A stretch of DNA of 13,431 nucleotides from Candidatus Hydrogenedentota bacterium (lineage in GTDB: Bacteria > Hydrogenedentota > Hydrogenedentia > Hydrogenedentales > SLHB01), in the NCBI GenBank assembly GCA_029974275.1, contig JARKSN010000131.1:1-13431 (forward strand), in the 5' to 3' direction. The position numbers were made by a program, and so were the translations under genes. A model generated the notes under the pieces. The model was given only the letters and a program-made list of their open reading frames with translations, was not told the DNA's origin and did no database searches. Numbering within the stretch: the stretch's first letter is position 1; each line of letters begins with the position of its first letter. Of this stretch, positions 1 through 6,561 are shown in pieces.

Positions 1-82
1 TGCGACGAATCCACGCCATCCCGGATCCGTGCGGCCAGAATGCTTCATCCCCAGCATCAACATTGATCATTGCAAGCAGACC

Positions 83-143
83 CGCCCGGCACAGAGACCG
101 GGCGCTACACAACGGACGCCCGGCACAGAGACCGGGCGCTACA
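83..143 (-). repeat. Tandem pair of identical 27-bp GTAG-type REP-like palindromes
   Basis: CGCCCGGCACAGAGACCGGGCGCTACA occurs at 83-109 and 117-143 (7-nt spacer). On the minus strand each reads GTAG-CGCCCGG-TCTCTGTG-CCGGGCG: a GTAG tetranucleotide abutting a 7-bp GC stem with an 8-nt loop, the architecture of RAYT-associated GTAG REPs. Confidence 0.8.
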
Positions 144-276
144 AAGACATCAACGATGCCTATTCCCATGCACAATTTCCCTCGGCCTTTTATGCAATTG
201 CCCAGCATTCGCTGGACGTTCCTTCGCGCGGTCTTCGAAGCGCGGCAGGAAGATGCCGGAAAGCGGTCCGTCCTTC

Positions 277-314
277 AAAAAAGAGCAGCCTCTCCCGTTT
301 GAGAAAGGCTGCTC
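277..314 (-). terminator. Intrinsic terminator of the Calx-beta gene
   Basis: GAGCAGCCT (283-291) pairs with AGGCTGCTC (306-314). A6 at 277-282 gives a U6 tail on the minus strand, about 45 nt after the stop at 360. Confidence 0.85.
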
Positions 315-359
315 CGCGACATCGCAGGGGCTGGGAATCAGCCTCTGCCGCACTGAACG

Positions 360-2006
360 TTATTTTCTGTTCCTCTTGCGCAGCCGCGCCACGCCGACCG
401 CGCCACATCCCGCGGCCAGGATCAACAATCCCGCGGCGCCTGCCAAGGGAAGCTGCCCGGACAGGTCGTAGGTGTTCGGATCGAAACCAAGCTTGTACGC
501 CAAGCCGTCCGCCACGCCGTCGCCGTTCGTGTCCCAGTTATCGGGATCGGTTCCCAAACTCGTCGGCGGATTGAAGATGCCGTCGTTCGTTTCGTAAATG
601 TCCAGCAGACCATCGCCGTCCGAATCGATGTCATCGTCCAAAATGGTGATCGTGCCCGTCGCATTTCCTGCATCGAGCGCGCCGTTGGTCGGGCTGGAGA
701 GCGTCAGGTTGATGGTCTCGTCGCCTTCTGCCTCCGCGTCGTTAAGAATCGTGACCGAGAAGGTCTTCGAGGTTTCGCTGCCGGTGAACGAAAGCGTGCC
801 CGACGCCGCGGTGTAATCCGCGCCCGCCGTGGCGGTTCCGTTCGAGGTGGCATAGTTGATCGTCACCGTCTTGGCGGCTGGGGCGGTGTCCAACACAACC
901 GTGACGGTCGCCGATCCGGCCGTCTCGAGGACGGAGTAGGTCTTCGGGGAAAGGGAGATGACCGGCGGGCCGGGCTCGATGCCGCCCACCTCGTTTGTAA
1001 TCGCCGACGAAATGAAACGGCCGATGAACTCGTCCTTCTTTTCACGGCTGAACACCGAGAATTTGCTATCGAGCGGAATCGGACTCGCCGGAGGGGGCGT
1101 CGTGCCGTTGTATTCGGCGATCATGTTCGACAGGATGCGGTCGTATTCCGCCTGGTTCGTATAGCCGTCGCCGTCGAAATCGCCGCTGGGCTTCAACAGG
1201 TTCGCAAAGGAGCGGTCCACCCCCGGCATCGAGGCCACGATGTCCACGACCGGCGTGTTGGAGGTCATATCAAAGCCGGGCACATACGTCAGGGTTGTCC
1301 AGTCGGCTCCTGCCGGGATGTCCGATTGCTGGTTGGCGCCGGCTCCCGAAAGACCGATGAACGCCCAGAGATCATTGCCCGCGATGGACAAGTGCTCGCT
1401 GACCGTGATGCGCGCCAGCATCCTCAAATAATGGGCCGCGCGCTTGGCATTGTCGTGGGTGGCCTGTATTTGCGCCTGAGTCGCCCCGGCCGGAATGCCG
1501 ATGAAAACGGCGACCGGATTCGAAGCGGAATCCTGGACGGCAAACGCATACAGGAAACTGGGGGTCACGTTTGGCGTTGTTGCGTATACGGGGTGCTGAT
1601 CGAGGTAGGCGATCAGGGCGGCGTTGTTGGCGTTGAACGCGGCCACGGCTTCGGCATGCTTGGGGGCCGAGGGCGTCGCATACAGATATTCAAATACGCT
1701 GAAGATCATCCCGTCGGCCATGCCGTCGGGCTTCAACAGCGTTTCATCGTTCGTGGCATACTGCCGCCACGGATAATTCGTTGGTTTTTTGGCCGTTAGC
1801 GACCCTGGCCCGTCGTTGTCGCCATCGCCGCCGCCGGCAATCAGCGCATGGGCCACGTTCAAGGGATTGACGTTGAACGCGTCGTTGCCTGGCAGGCCTG
1901 TCAAGGTATAGTACTTGACCGACACAAAACCGTGGGCCGGCAACGCCCACACGAACGCTAACGTCAGCATTACCACCACAACTGCGCCTGTCTTCGAGCC
2001 CATCAT
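360..2006 (-). CDS. Secreted, C-terminally anchored protein (548 aa): signal peptide, unrecognised N-terminal region, Calx-beta domain, DxDGDG Ca-binding-type motifs, LPL-TM-basic tail
   Basis: Start moved from 2141 to ATG 2006 (or 2003) because AAGGAGG lies just upstream (2012-2018) and MMGSKTGAVVVVMLTLAFVWALPAHG is a Sec signal ending in AHG. Calx-beta at about 630-962 (YSVLETAGSATVTV...GTATAGADY...GTLSF...VTILND...EGDET...TITILDDD). C-terminus QLPLAGAAGLLILAAGCGAVGVARLRKRNRK. Confidence 0.88.
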   Translation of the reverse strand: MMGSKTGAVVVVMLTLAFVWALPAHGFVSVKYYTLTGLPGNDAFNVNPLNVAHALIAGGGDGDNDGPGSLTAKKPTNYPWRQYATNDETLLKPDGMADGMIFSVFEYLYATPSAPKHAEAVAAFNANNAALIAYLDQHPVYATTPNVTPSFLYAFAVQDSASNPVAVFIGIPAGATQAQIQATHDNAKRAAHYLRMLARITVSEHLSIAGNDLWAFIGLSGAGANQQSDIPAGADWTTLTYVPGFDMTSNTPVVDIVASMPGVDRSFANLLKPSGDFDGDGYTNQAEYDRILSNMIAEYNGTTPPPASPIPLDSKFSVFSREKKDEFIGRFISSAITNEVGGIEPGPPVISLSPKTYSVLETAGSATVTVVLDTAPAAKTVTINYATSNGTATAGADYTAASGTLSFTGSETSKTFSVTILNDAEAEGDETINLTLSSPTNGALDAGNATGTITILDDDIDSDGDGLLDIYETNDGIFNPPTSLGTDPDNWDTNGDGVADGLAYKLGFDPNTYDLSGQLPLAGAAGLLILAAGCGAVGVARLRKRNRK

Positions 2007-2131
2007 CTTGTCCTCCTTCTCTCCCCCCCAGAAAGCGTCCGCAGGCACATGCGCCACGACCTTCTTTCCGGCAGAACCACTGCTGCTGCGATTAAGAAAA
2101 CACCTATTAAAACACCACGTCATGGAAGTAT

Positions 2132-2160
2132 AGGATGACACAGTTGCCTCGTTTTGTCAA
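2132..2160 (-). promoter_or_regulatory. Putative sigma70 promoter for the Calx-beta gene
   Basis: Minus strand: consensus TTGACA (2160-2155), 17-nt spacer ending in TGt, then CATCCT (2137-2132). A better -10, TATACT (2132-2127), lies 22 nt from the -35, so the -10 assignment is uncertain. Confidence 0.5.
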
Positions 2161-2301
2161 TGAGAACTGCATAAACATAACTGTTGTCACTCTTTATCTA
2201 ATTCTTTTTTTTCGTTGTAAACGCAGCGCCGGACGCTGTCCTTCCCCAAAACGATGGGAATGTGCATGGAGATCGTGGTCATGGCGGCCAATCGGCGCTC
2301 C

Positions 2302-2330
2302 TTGACTGGGAAATAGGCAACCGCTAGACT
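2302..2330 (+). promoter_or_regulatory. Putative sigma70 promoter for the MshEN-HDOD gene
   Basis: TTGACT (2302-2307), 17 nt, TAGACT (2325-2330). SD-like AAAGGA at 2363-2368 precedes ATG 2376. Confidence 0.7.
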
Positions 2331-2375
2331 GGTGGCATTGCGGCGCCAAACGGAACGGGAATAAAGGATGCAGCG

Positions 2376-3758
2376 ATGACGAACAATGGGGAGAGTTCTA
2401 TCCGGCAGGAACCCGTCCAGGCGGCGCGGCGCCCTCCCGAAAAACGCGTGGGCGAGTTGCTGGTCGAGGCGGATCTCATTACGCCGGGCCAGTTGCAGGA
2501 AGCGCTCGATCTGCAAAAATCGCGGGGCGGCAAAACCGTCGACAATCTCATCGCGTTGGGTCATTTGGACGTGGACGCCTTCGTGAAATTTCTGGCCAAA
2601 CGTCCCGGCATGGCCAGCATCGATCTGTCGCAGTATGAGATACCCAAGGAAGTCGTCAGCCTCGTTCCCAAAGAATTCGCCATCGCCCACGAGGTGTTCC
2701 CCATCGACAAATTGGGGTCGCTGTTGACGCTGGGCATGGTCTGTCCCTTGGACCGAATCACCATCGGCAAGCTCGAGGAAGCGACGAAACTGCGGATCAA
2801 GCCCATTTTGTGCAGCCCCGAGGACATTCGCAAGGCCATCCAACGCTACTATCCTTCCTCCGACGCCACGACTTCGGAGGCGCCCGCGTCTGTTTCGACG
2901 TTGGCCTCCATCGAAACCAGCATGCGTTTGACCAGCGTGGCGGCCCTTGTGCGGAAGATGGATTCGCTGCCGGTTTTGCCCGAGACGGTTCAGCGCGTGC
3001 GCGAGGCGATGCAGGACCCCAATCGCAGCGTGGGCGAAGTGGCCGAGATCATCACGTTGGATCCGCCGTTGGCGGCCAAGGTGCTCAGCGTGGCCAATTC
3101 GGCGGCCTACGGCTTTCCGCGGCGCGTGGACAATCTGACCTTGGCGGTTTCGTTGCTGGGACTGCGCGAAACGTACACGATCGTGCTGTCGGCGGCTGTG
3201 TTGGATGTATTCGAGAAGTCCGCGTACTTCGATTACAAACGATTCTGGGTCGAGGCGATGTGCGTCGCGGCGGCGGCGCGCGTCGTTGCCAAGGCCTGCC
3301 TGAAGTCTCAGCAGGCTGGCGTGTTCGCAGCGGGACTCCTCCATGACATTGGCCGCGTCGTTCTGGCTGAAGTGGCGCCCAAACCCTACGCCAAGGTGGG
3401 CCAGGAACTCGATGGCCTTGCGCTCGTCGCCGCGGAAGAGCAAATTCTCGGCCTTGCCCACACCGAGGCGGGCTTTGAACTGGCCTCGCATTGGTCGTTG
3501 CCGCCCGAAATCGCCGCGGCCATCCGTTGCCACCACCATCCCGAACAAGCCGCCGACCATCAGGACATGGCCGCAATGGTGTCCTTGGCGGACGTTCTGG
3601 CCCACAGCCGGGGCAAGACCGTCGTTGACAACAAAGGTCTTTTTGACGATCACGCCACGGCAATGAACATCCTCGGCATCGACGCCGAAACGGCCGAGGC
3701 CATGTTGGAAGAGTTTCTCGCGCGCCGCGACGAGTCCCTCGGCGACGCCTTGGCCTAA
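2376..3758 (+). CDS. MshEN/GSPII_E-N (T2SSE_N) domain fused to an HDOD domain; predicted c-di-GMP-responsive signalling protein (460 aa)
   Basis: RVGELLVEADLITPGQLQEALDLQ (2445-2516) matches the MshEN motif RLGxxLLxxGLIxxxxLxxxLxxQ, followed by a 5-aa linker, a degenerate second motif and GSPII-N sequence (LVPKEFAIAHEVFPI...LTLGMVCPLD). HDOD hallmarks from about 2967: LPVLP, DPPLAAKVLSVANSAAYG, AVSLLG, GLLHDIG, HTEAG..LA..W.LP, AIRCHH. Confidence 0.92.
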   Translation: MTNNGESSIRQEPVQAARRPPEKRVGELLVEADLITPGQLQEALDLQKSRGGKTVDNLIALGHLDVDAFVKFLAKRPGMASIDLSQYEIPKEVVSLVPKEFAIAHEVFPIDKLGSLLTLGMVCPLDRITIGKLEEATKLRIKPILCSPEDIRKAIQRYYPSSDATTSEAPASVSTLASIETSMRLTSVAALVRKMDSLPVLPETVQRVREAMQDPNRSVGEVAEIITLDPPLAAKVLSVANSAAYGFPRRVDNLTLAVSLLGLRETYTIVLSAAVLDVFEKSAYFDYKRFWVEAMCVAAAARVVAKACLKSQQAGVFAAGLLHDIGRVVLAEVAPKPYAKVGQELDGLALVAAEEQILGLAHTEAGFELASHWSLPPEIAAAIRCHHHPEQAADHQDMAAMVSLADVLAHSRGKTVVDNKGLFDDHATAMNILGIDAETAEAMLEEFLARRDESLGDALA

Positions 3759-3823
3759 CGCCCGTCGAATCTCCCTGCGTTGGCCGCCTTCCTCAAACAC
3801 AAGCGTTGAAACGTCGACTCGAT

Positions 3824-3846
3824 GGCCCCGAAAGATCAACGGGGCC
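3824..3846 (+). other. GC-rich hairpin between the HDOD gene and the next promoter
   Basis: GGCCCCG-aaagatcaa-CGGGGCC (7-bp stem). No immediate U-tract follows, so terminator function is uncertain. Confidence 0.4.
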
Positions 3847-3858
3847 GCAGAAATTTCG

Positions 3859-3887
3859 TTGACGACTGTTCCTTTTCTGGTTATACT
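3859..3887 (+). promoter_or_regulatory. Near-consensus sigma70 promoter for the beta-helix gene
   Basis: TTGACG (3859-3864), 17 nt, TATACT (3882-3887). This implies a leader of about 100 nt. SD GGAGG sits just before ATG 3993. Confidence 0.8.
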
Positions 3888-3992
3888 CTATAACCGTGAC
3901 AGCTATTTTTTTGATATGGACATATCTCCATATCACGGGGAGCCGAAAGGGGCAGCACCCAGCAATGCAAAAAACAAGAGGGGAGGCTCGTC

Positions 3993-6368
3993 ATGCATAG
4001 GTTGCTATCGCGCTGGTTCTGTGTTTCCATTCTCGCCGTTTTCTGCGGCCCCGCATTCGCGGGCGTGCTTTACGTCGACGCCAACAGCCTCGCGCCAACT
4101 CCGGATGGGTTGAGTTGGGCCACCGCGTATGCCTCGATCCAGGCGGCGATAGACGCCGCGCAAGCCGATGATCAGGTATGGGTCGCGAAGGGAAAGTACA
4201 ACGAGGCGGTTGTGCTGAAAAGCCAGCTATCCCTGTATGGCGGTTTTGCAGGCTCCGAAACGGCGCTCTCGCAGGCAAACCCGAGAGTGCACGAGACGAT
4301 CATCGACGGCAGCAAGGCGCGCGGCGGGTTTCCCGCGTGGCATGTGGTGACGATCGCGGACGTATCGAATCCTGACGCGGGGCTGTCGAACGTCGTCGTT
4401 GACGGCTTTACGATGCGCGGCGGTTCCGCGACAAGCGACGACACACCCGGAGCGATGTTTGGGGGCGGGATGATCCTCTACAAGGTGACCGGTGATGTGC
4501 GGGTGTCCCGCTGCACCTTCGCCGGCAACAACGCCAGAGGAGGCGCCGGCGTTCACTGCGAGCAATCCAGTCCGCGGATATCCGATTGTCTGTTCGTGCA
4601 CAATGCGGTGTTGAGCAGCGGCAGCGGCGGCGGAATCAAGATTCGGGCCGGCGCGCCGACGGTTCAGCGGTGCGTGTTCGCATACAACCACACGGGAGGA
4701 AGCGCCGCCGTCAAGGTGGAGTCGGGCGCCCCGGAACTCGTCGCGACCTTCGAGAATTGCCTCGTGACCGACAACACCGCTGGCGAATCGGGAGGCGCGG
4801 TGAAGGTCGACTTCAATACGCACGCGACGTTCGCCAACTGCGTGTTCGCCCGGAACCAAGCGGTCTACGCAGGCGCCGTCCAACATCAGGGATTCGGAAC
4901 GTTTGTCAATTGCACATTCGCGAACAACCATGCGCAAATGGGAGGGGCCTTTGTATCCGCGTTTGACTACGCCCCCGCCGTCTTGACCAATTGCATCGTA
5001 TGGAACAACGGCGCGGATCCGTTTTGGGGCGATGCCTTCCAAATAACCTACTCGTGTGTCCAAGGCGGGTACACGGGCGAAGGCAACGTGGCCGATGACC
5101 CGCACCTGTGGAACGACGTATGGGGCGACTGCAGGCTTACGAACGCGTCCACAACCGTCATCAACAAGGGCACGGCCACGAATGCGCCAACGCTGGACAT
5201 ACTGGGAACGACTCGAACGGGCGGCATCGATCTCGGGGCCTATGAACTCGTTCCGGGGTCAAGCGATCTCGATGGCGATGGATTGCCAAACGCATACGAA
5301 GGCCTCGACGATCCCGACGGGGACGCGCTTCCAAACCGTATCGACACCGACTCGGACGGCGACGGCAAGCTGGATGCCTACGAGGGGCTTGGCGATGTCG
5401 ACGGCGACGGGCTGCCCAATTTCCTCGACACGGACAGCGATAACGACGGGATCGCCGATTCGCAGGAAGGCACAACCGACATCGATGGGGACGGCTTGCC
5501 CGCATTCCTCGATTGGGACTCCGACGGCGACGGCGTGGGAGATTCCGTGGAAATGACAATAGGAACCAATCCCAACGATCCCGGTTCCGGGGCGAGCCCG
5601 TGGGATTTCTTTGCGCTGTTCGAGACGGAAGGGGCTTTGCTCTACGCACATGACGGCCTCGATTTTCAGACCGCCAACGTCGATAGTGAACCCGATGGTT
5701 CTCCGGGTCACCTGGGCGACACACTGCCAGACCGCCTTCAGCTGTTGATGGTGGCGTATGTGTTGACCACGCAGGTCGATCAGTATCACGACCTCATTTT
5801 GGAGGCATTTCAGCGCAATCTCGCCGAGTTCAAGCGCGAAAGCTCTTATGTGTCCACCCTAAGACCCTTCGAAAATGTATTGGCCGCCGCCTTGTTGGTC
5901 AGCACAAAAATGAACGAGCATTGGGTGAACTCGCTTGGCCTAACTGGATCGTATTCGCCCTTCCGCATCGCCAAAAGCGCCATCGAGCCTTTCACGAGTT
6001 CCGGCGATCTCGACGGCGACGGAATGTCGAACGGCGTCGAGTATCAGCAGGTTGTGGATGCGGGCGGCGGCATCGAAGCGTTCTACATCGCCGTAACCGA
6101 CAATTTCGGTTTCGACACGGACGGCGATGGGATCTTGGATTCCGTGGAAGGAAATGATGACGTGGACGGCGACAACATCCCCAACTTTCTCGATCTGGAC
6201 AGCGACGGCGATGGCATTTCCGACAAGGTCGAGAATGGGCTTGGGCTGAATCCCTACGCGGCAGACGATCCCGGCGAACTGCCGCTTTCGCATTGGCCTT
6301 GCGTGTTGTTGCTGGCGGTCGCAGGCCTGCTGTGCCTCCGGGGCCGCATAGCGATCCGGACCGCATAA
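3993..6368 (+). CDS. Secreted, C-terminally anchored right-handed beta-helix (pectin lyase-like) protein with a choice-of-anchor-Q-like segment and TSP3-like Asp-rich repeats (791 aa)
   Basis: Signal peptide ends GPAFA. N-terminal YVD...DGLSWATAYASIQAAID...VWVAKGKY...LYGGFAG. Repeated FxxN...GGA(V/I)-type rungs. YSCVQGGYTGEGNVADDP...DILGTTR...DLGAYE cap. DxDGDG repeats at 5265-5579 and from 6114. C-terminus ELPL-hydrophobic-RGRIAIRTA. Confidence 0.92.
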   Translation: MHRLLSRWFCVSILAVFCGPAFAGVLYVDANSLAPTPDGLSWATAYASIQAAIDAAQADDQVWVAKGKYNEAVVLKSQLSLYGGFAGSETALSQANPRVHETIIDGSKARGGFPAWHVVTIADVSNPDAGLSNVVVDGFTMRGGSATSDDTPGAMFGGGMILYKVTGDVRVSRCTFAGNNARGGAGVHCEQSSPRISDCLFVHNAVLSSGSGGGIKIRAGAPTVQRCVFAYNHTGGSAAVKVESGAPELVATFENCLVTDNTAGESGGAVKVDFNTHATFANCVFARNQAVYAGAVQHQGFGTFVNCTFANNHAQMGGAFVSAFDYAPAVLTNCIVWNNGADPFWGDAFQITYSCVQGGYTGEGNVADDPHLWNDVWGDCRLTNASTTVINKGTATNAPTLDILGTTRTGGIDLGAYELVPGSSDLDGDGLPNAYEGLDDPDGDALPNRIDTDSDGDGKLDAYEGLGDVDGDGLPNFLDTDSDNDGIADSQEGTTDIDGDGLPAFLDWDSDGDGVGDSVEMTIGTNPNDPGSGASPWDFFALFETEGALLYAHDGLDFQTANVDSEPDGSPGHLGDTLPDRLQLLMVAYVLTTQVDQYHDLILEAFQRNLAEFKRESSYVSTLRPFENVLAAALLVSTKMNEHWVNSLGLTGSYSPFRIAKSAIEPFTSSGDLDGDGMSNGVEYQQVVDAGGGIEAFYIAVTDNFGFDTDGDGILDSVEGNDDVDGDNIPNFLDLDSDGDGISDKVENGLGLNPYAADDPGELPLSHWPCVLLLAVAGLLCLRGRIAIRTA
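5265..5579 (+). repeat. Intragenic 84-nt (28-aa) Asp-rich tandem repeats, 3 units plus cap; a fourth unit plus cap starts at 6114
   Basis: Units DLDGDGLPNAYEGLDDPDGDALPNRIDT / DSDGDGKLDAYEGLGDVDGDGLPNFLDT / DSDNDGIADSQEGTTDIDGDGLPAFLDW. Distal unit DTDGDGILDSVEGNDDVDGDNIPNFLDL (6114-6197). Confidence 0.9.
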
Positions 6369-6470
6369 ACCTGCATTGTCTTCGAGACAGGAAACGGCGT
6401 CGCGACCGGCGGGAAAGGCGTCGCCCCTGTTTCTCAAGAACATGGCGGCGCGTATCCGTTGTCATAACCG

Positions 6471-6497
6471 ATAGGCGCCGCCTGTTTTTTGCTTTTT
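6471..6497 (+). terminator. Possible weak intrinsic terminator after the beta-helix gene
   Basis: ATAGGC-gcc-GCCTGT short stem (one G-U pair) followed by TTTTTGCTTTTT, in the convergent intergenic region. The stem is short. Confidence 0.4.
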
Positions 6498-6506
6498 GAC
6501 GCGCAC

Positions 6507-6543
6507 GCAGCGCCCGGTCTCCGAATGTCTTGGACCCGGGCGC
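6507..6543 (+). repeat. Degenerate REP-like hairpin
   Basis: GCAGCGCCCGGTCTCCG matches the REP start GTAGCGCCCGGTCTCTG at 15/17 positions. An 8-bp stem GCGCCCGG (6510-6517)/CCGGGCGC (6536-6543) lies 18 nt past the NAD kinase stop. Confidence 0.5.
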
Positions 6544-6561
6544 GATACGACGCTAATGGCC

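Noticed and set aside
1..70. Partial CDS at the left edge (minus-strand MLMLGMKHSGRTDPGWRGFVA or MINVDAG..., or a plus-strand frame ending at 66)
   Set aside because: Too short, with no recognisable motif or clear SD. It cannot be decided without flanking sequence.
83..143. CRISPR array
   Set aside because: Only two repeats, a 7-nt spacer and no cas genes. The GTAG plus hairpin layout fits a REP.
438..452. Sortase LPXTG signal (LPLAG)
   Set aside because: No Thr, and the partner protein reads LPLSH. An LPxAG sortase variant cannot be fully excluded, but the shared element is LPL only.
1188..1739. 12-nt direct repeat GGGCTTCAACAG (LLKP) at 1188-1199 and 1728-1739
   Set aside because: A short in-frame match with no extended internal duplication, and no element between the copies to suggest a target-site duplication.
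2007..2141. 45-aa N-terminal extension of the Calx-beta ORF
   Set aside because: The strong SD and signal peptide begin at 2006, and the extension covers the predicted promoter and leader.
2368..2379. Mini-ORF ATG-CAG-CGA-TGA overlapping the HDOD start
   Set aside because: Three codons arising inside the SD region, with no independent support.
2376..3758. PilB/GspE ATPase or HD-GYP phosphodiesterase call
   Set aside because: No Walker A/B motifs and no GYP motif. The C-terminal domain is HDOD.
2187..3839. 550-aa minus-strand ORF
   Set aside because: Antisense shadow of the MshEN-HDOD gene, with no motifs. Such ORFs are expected in GC-rich DNA.
3936..3960. Glycine or c-di-GMP riboswitch from GGGGAGCCGAAAGGGGCAGCACCC
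   Set aside because: Only a GCCGAA..GGGCA fragment resembles the glycine aptamer. GGAGA and CUCUCAGG are absent, and there is no c-di-GMP-I core.
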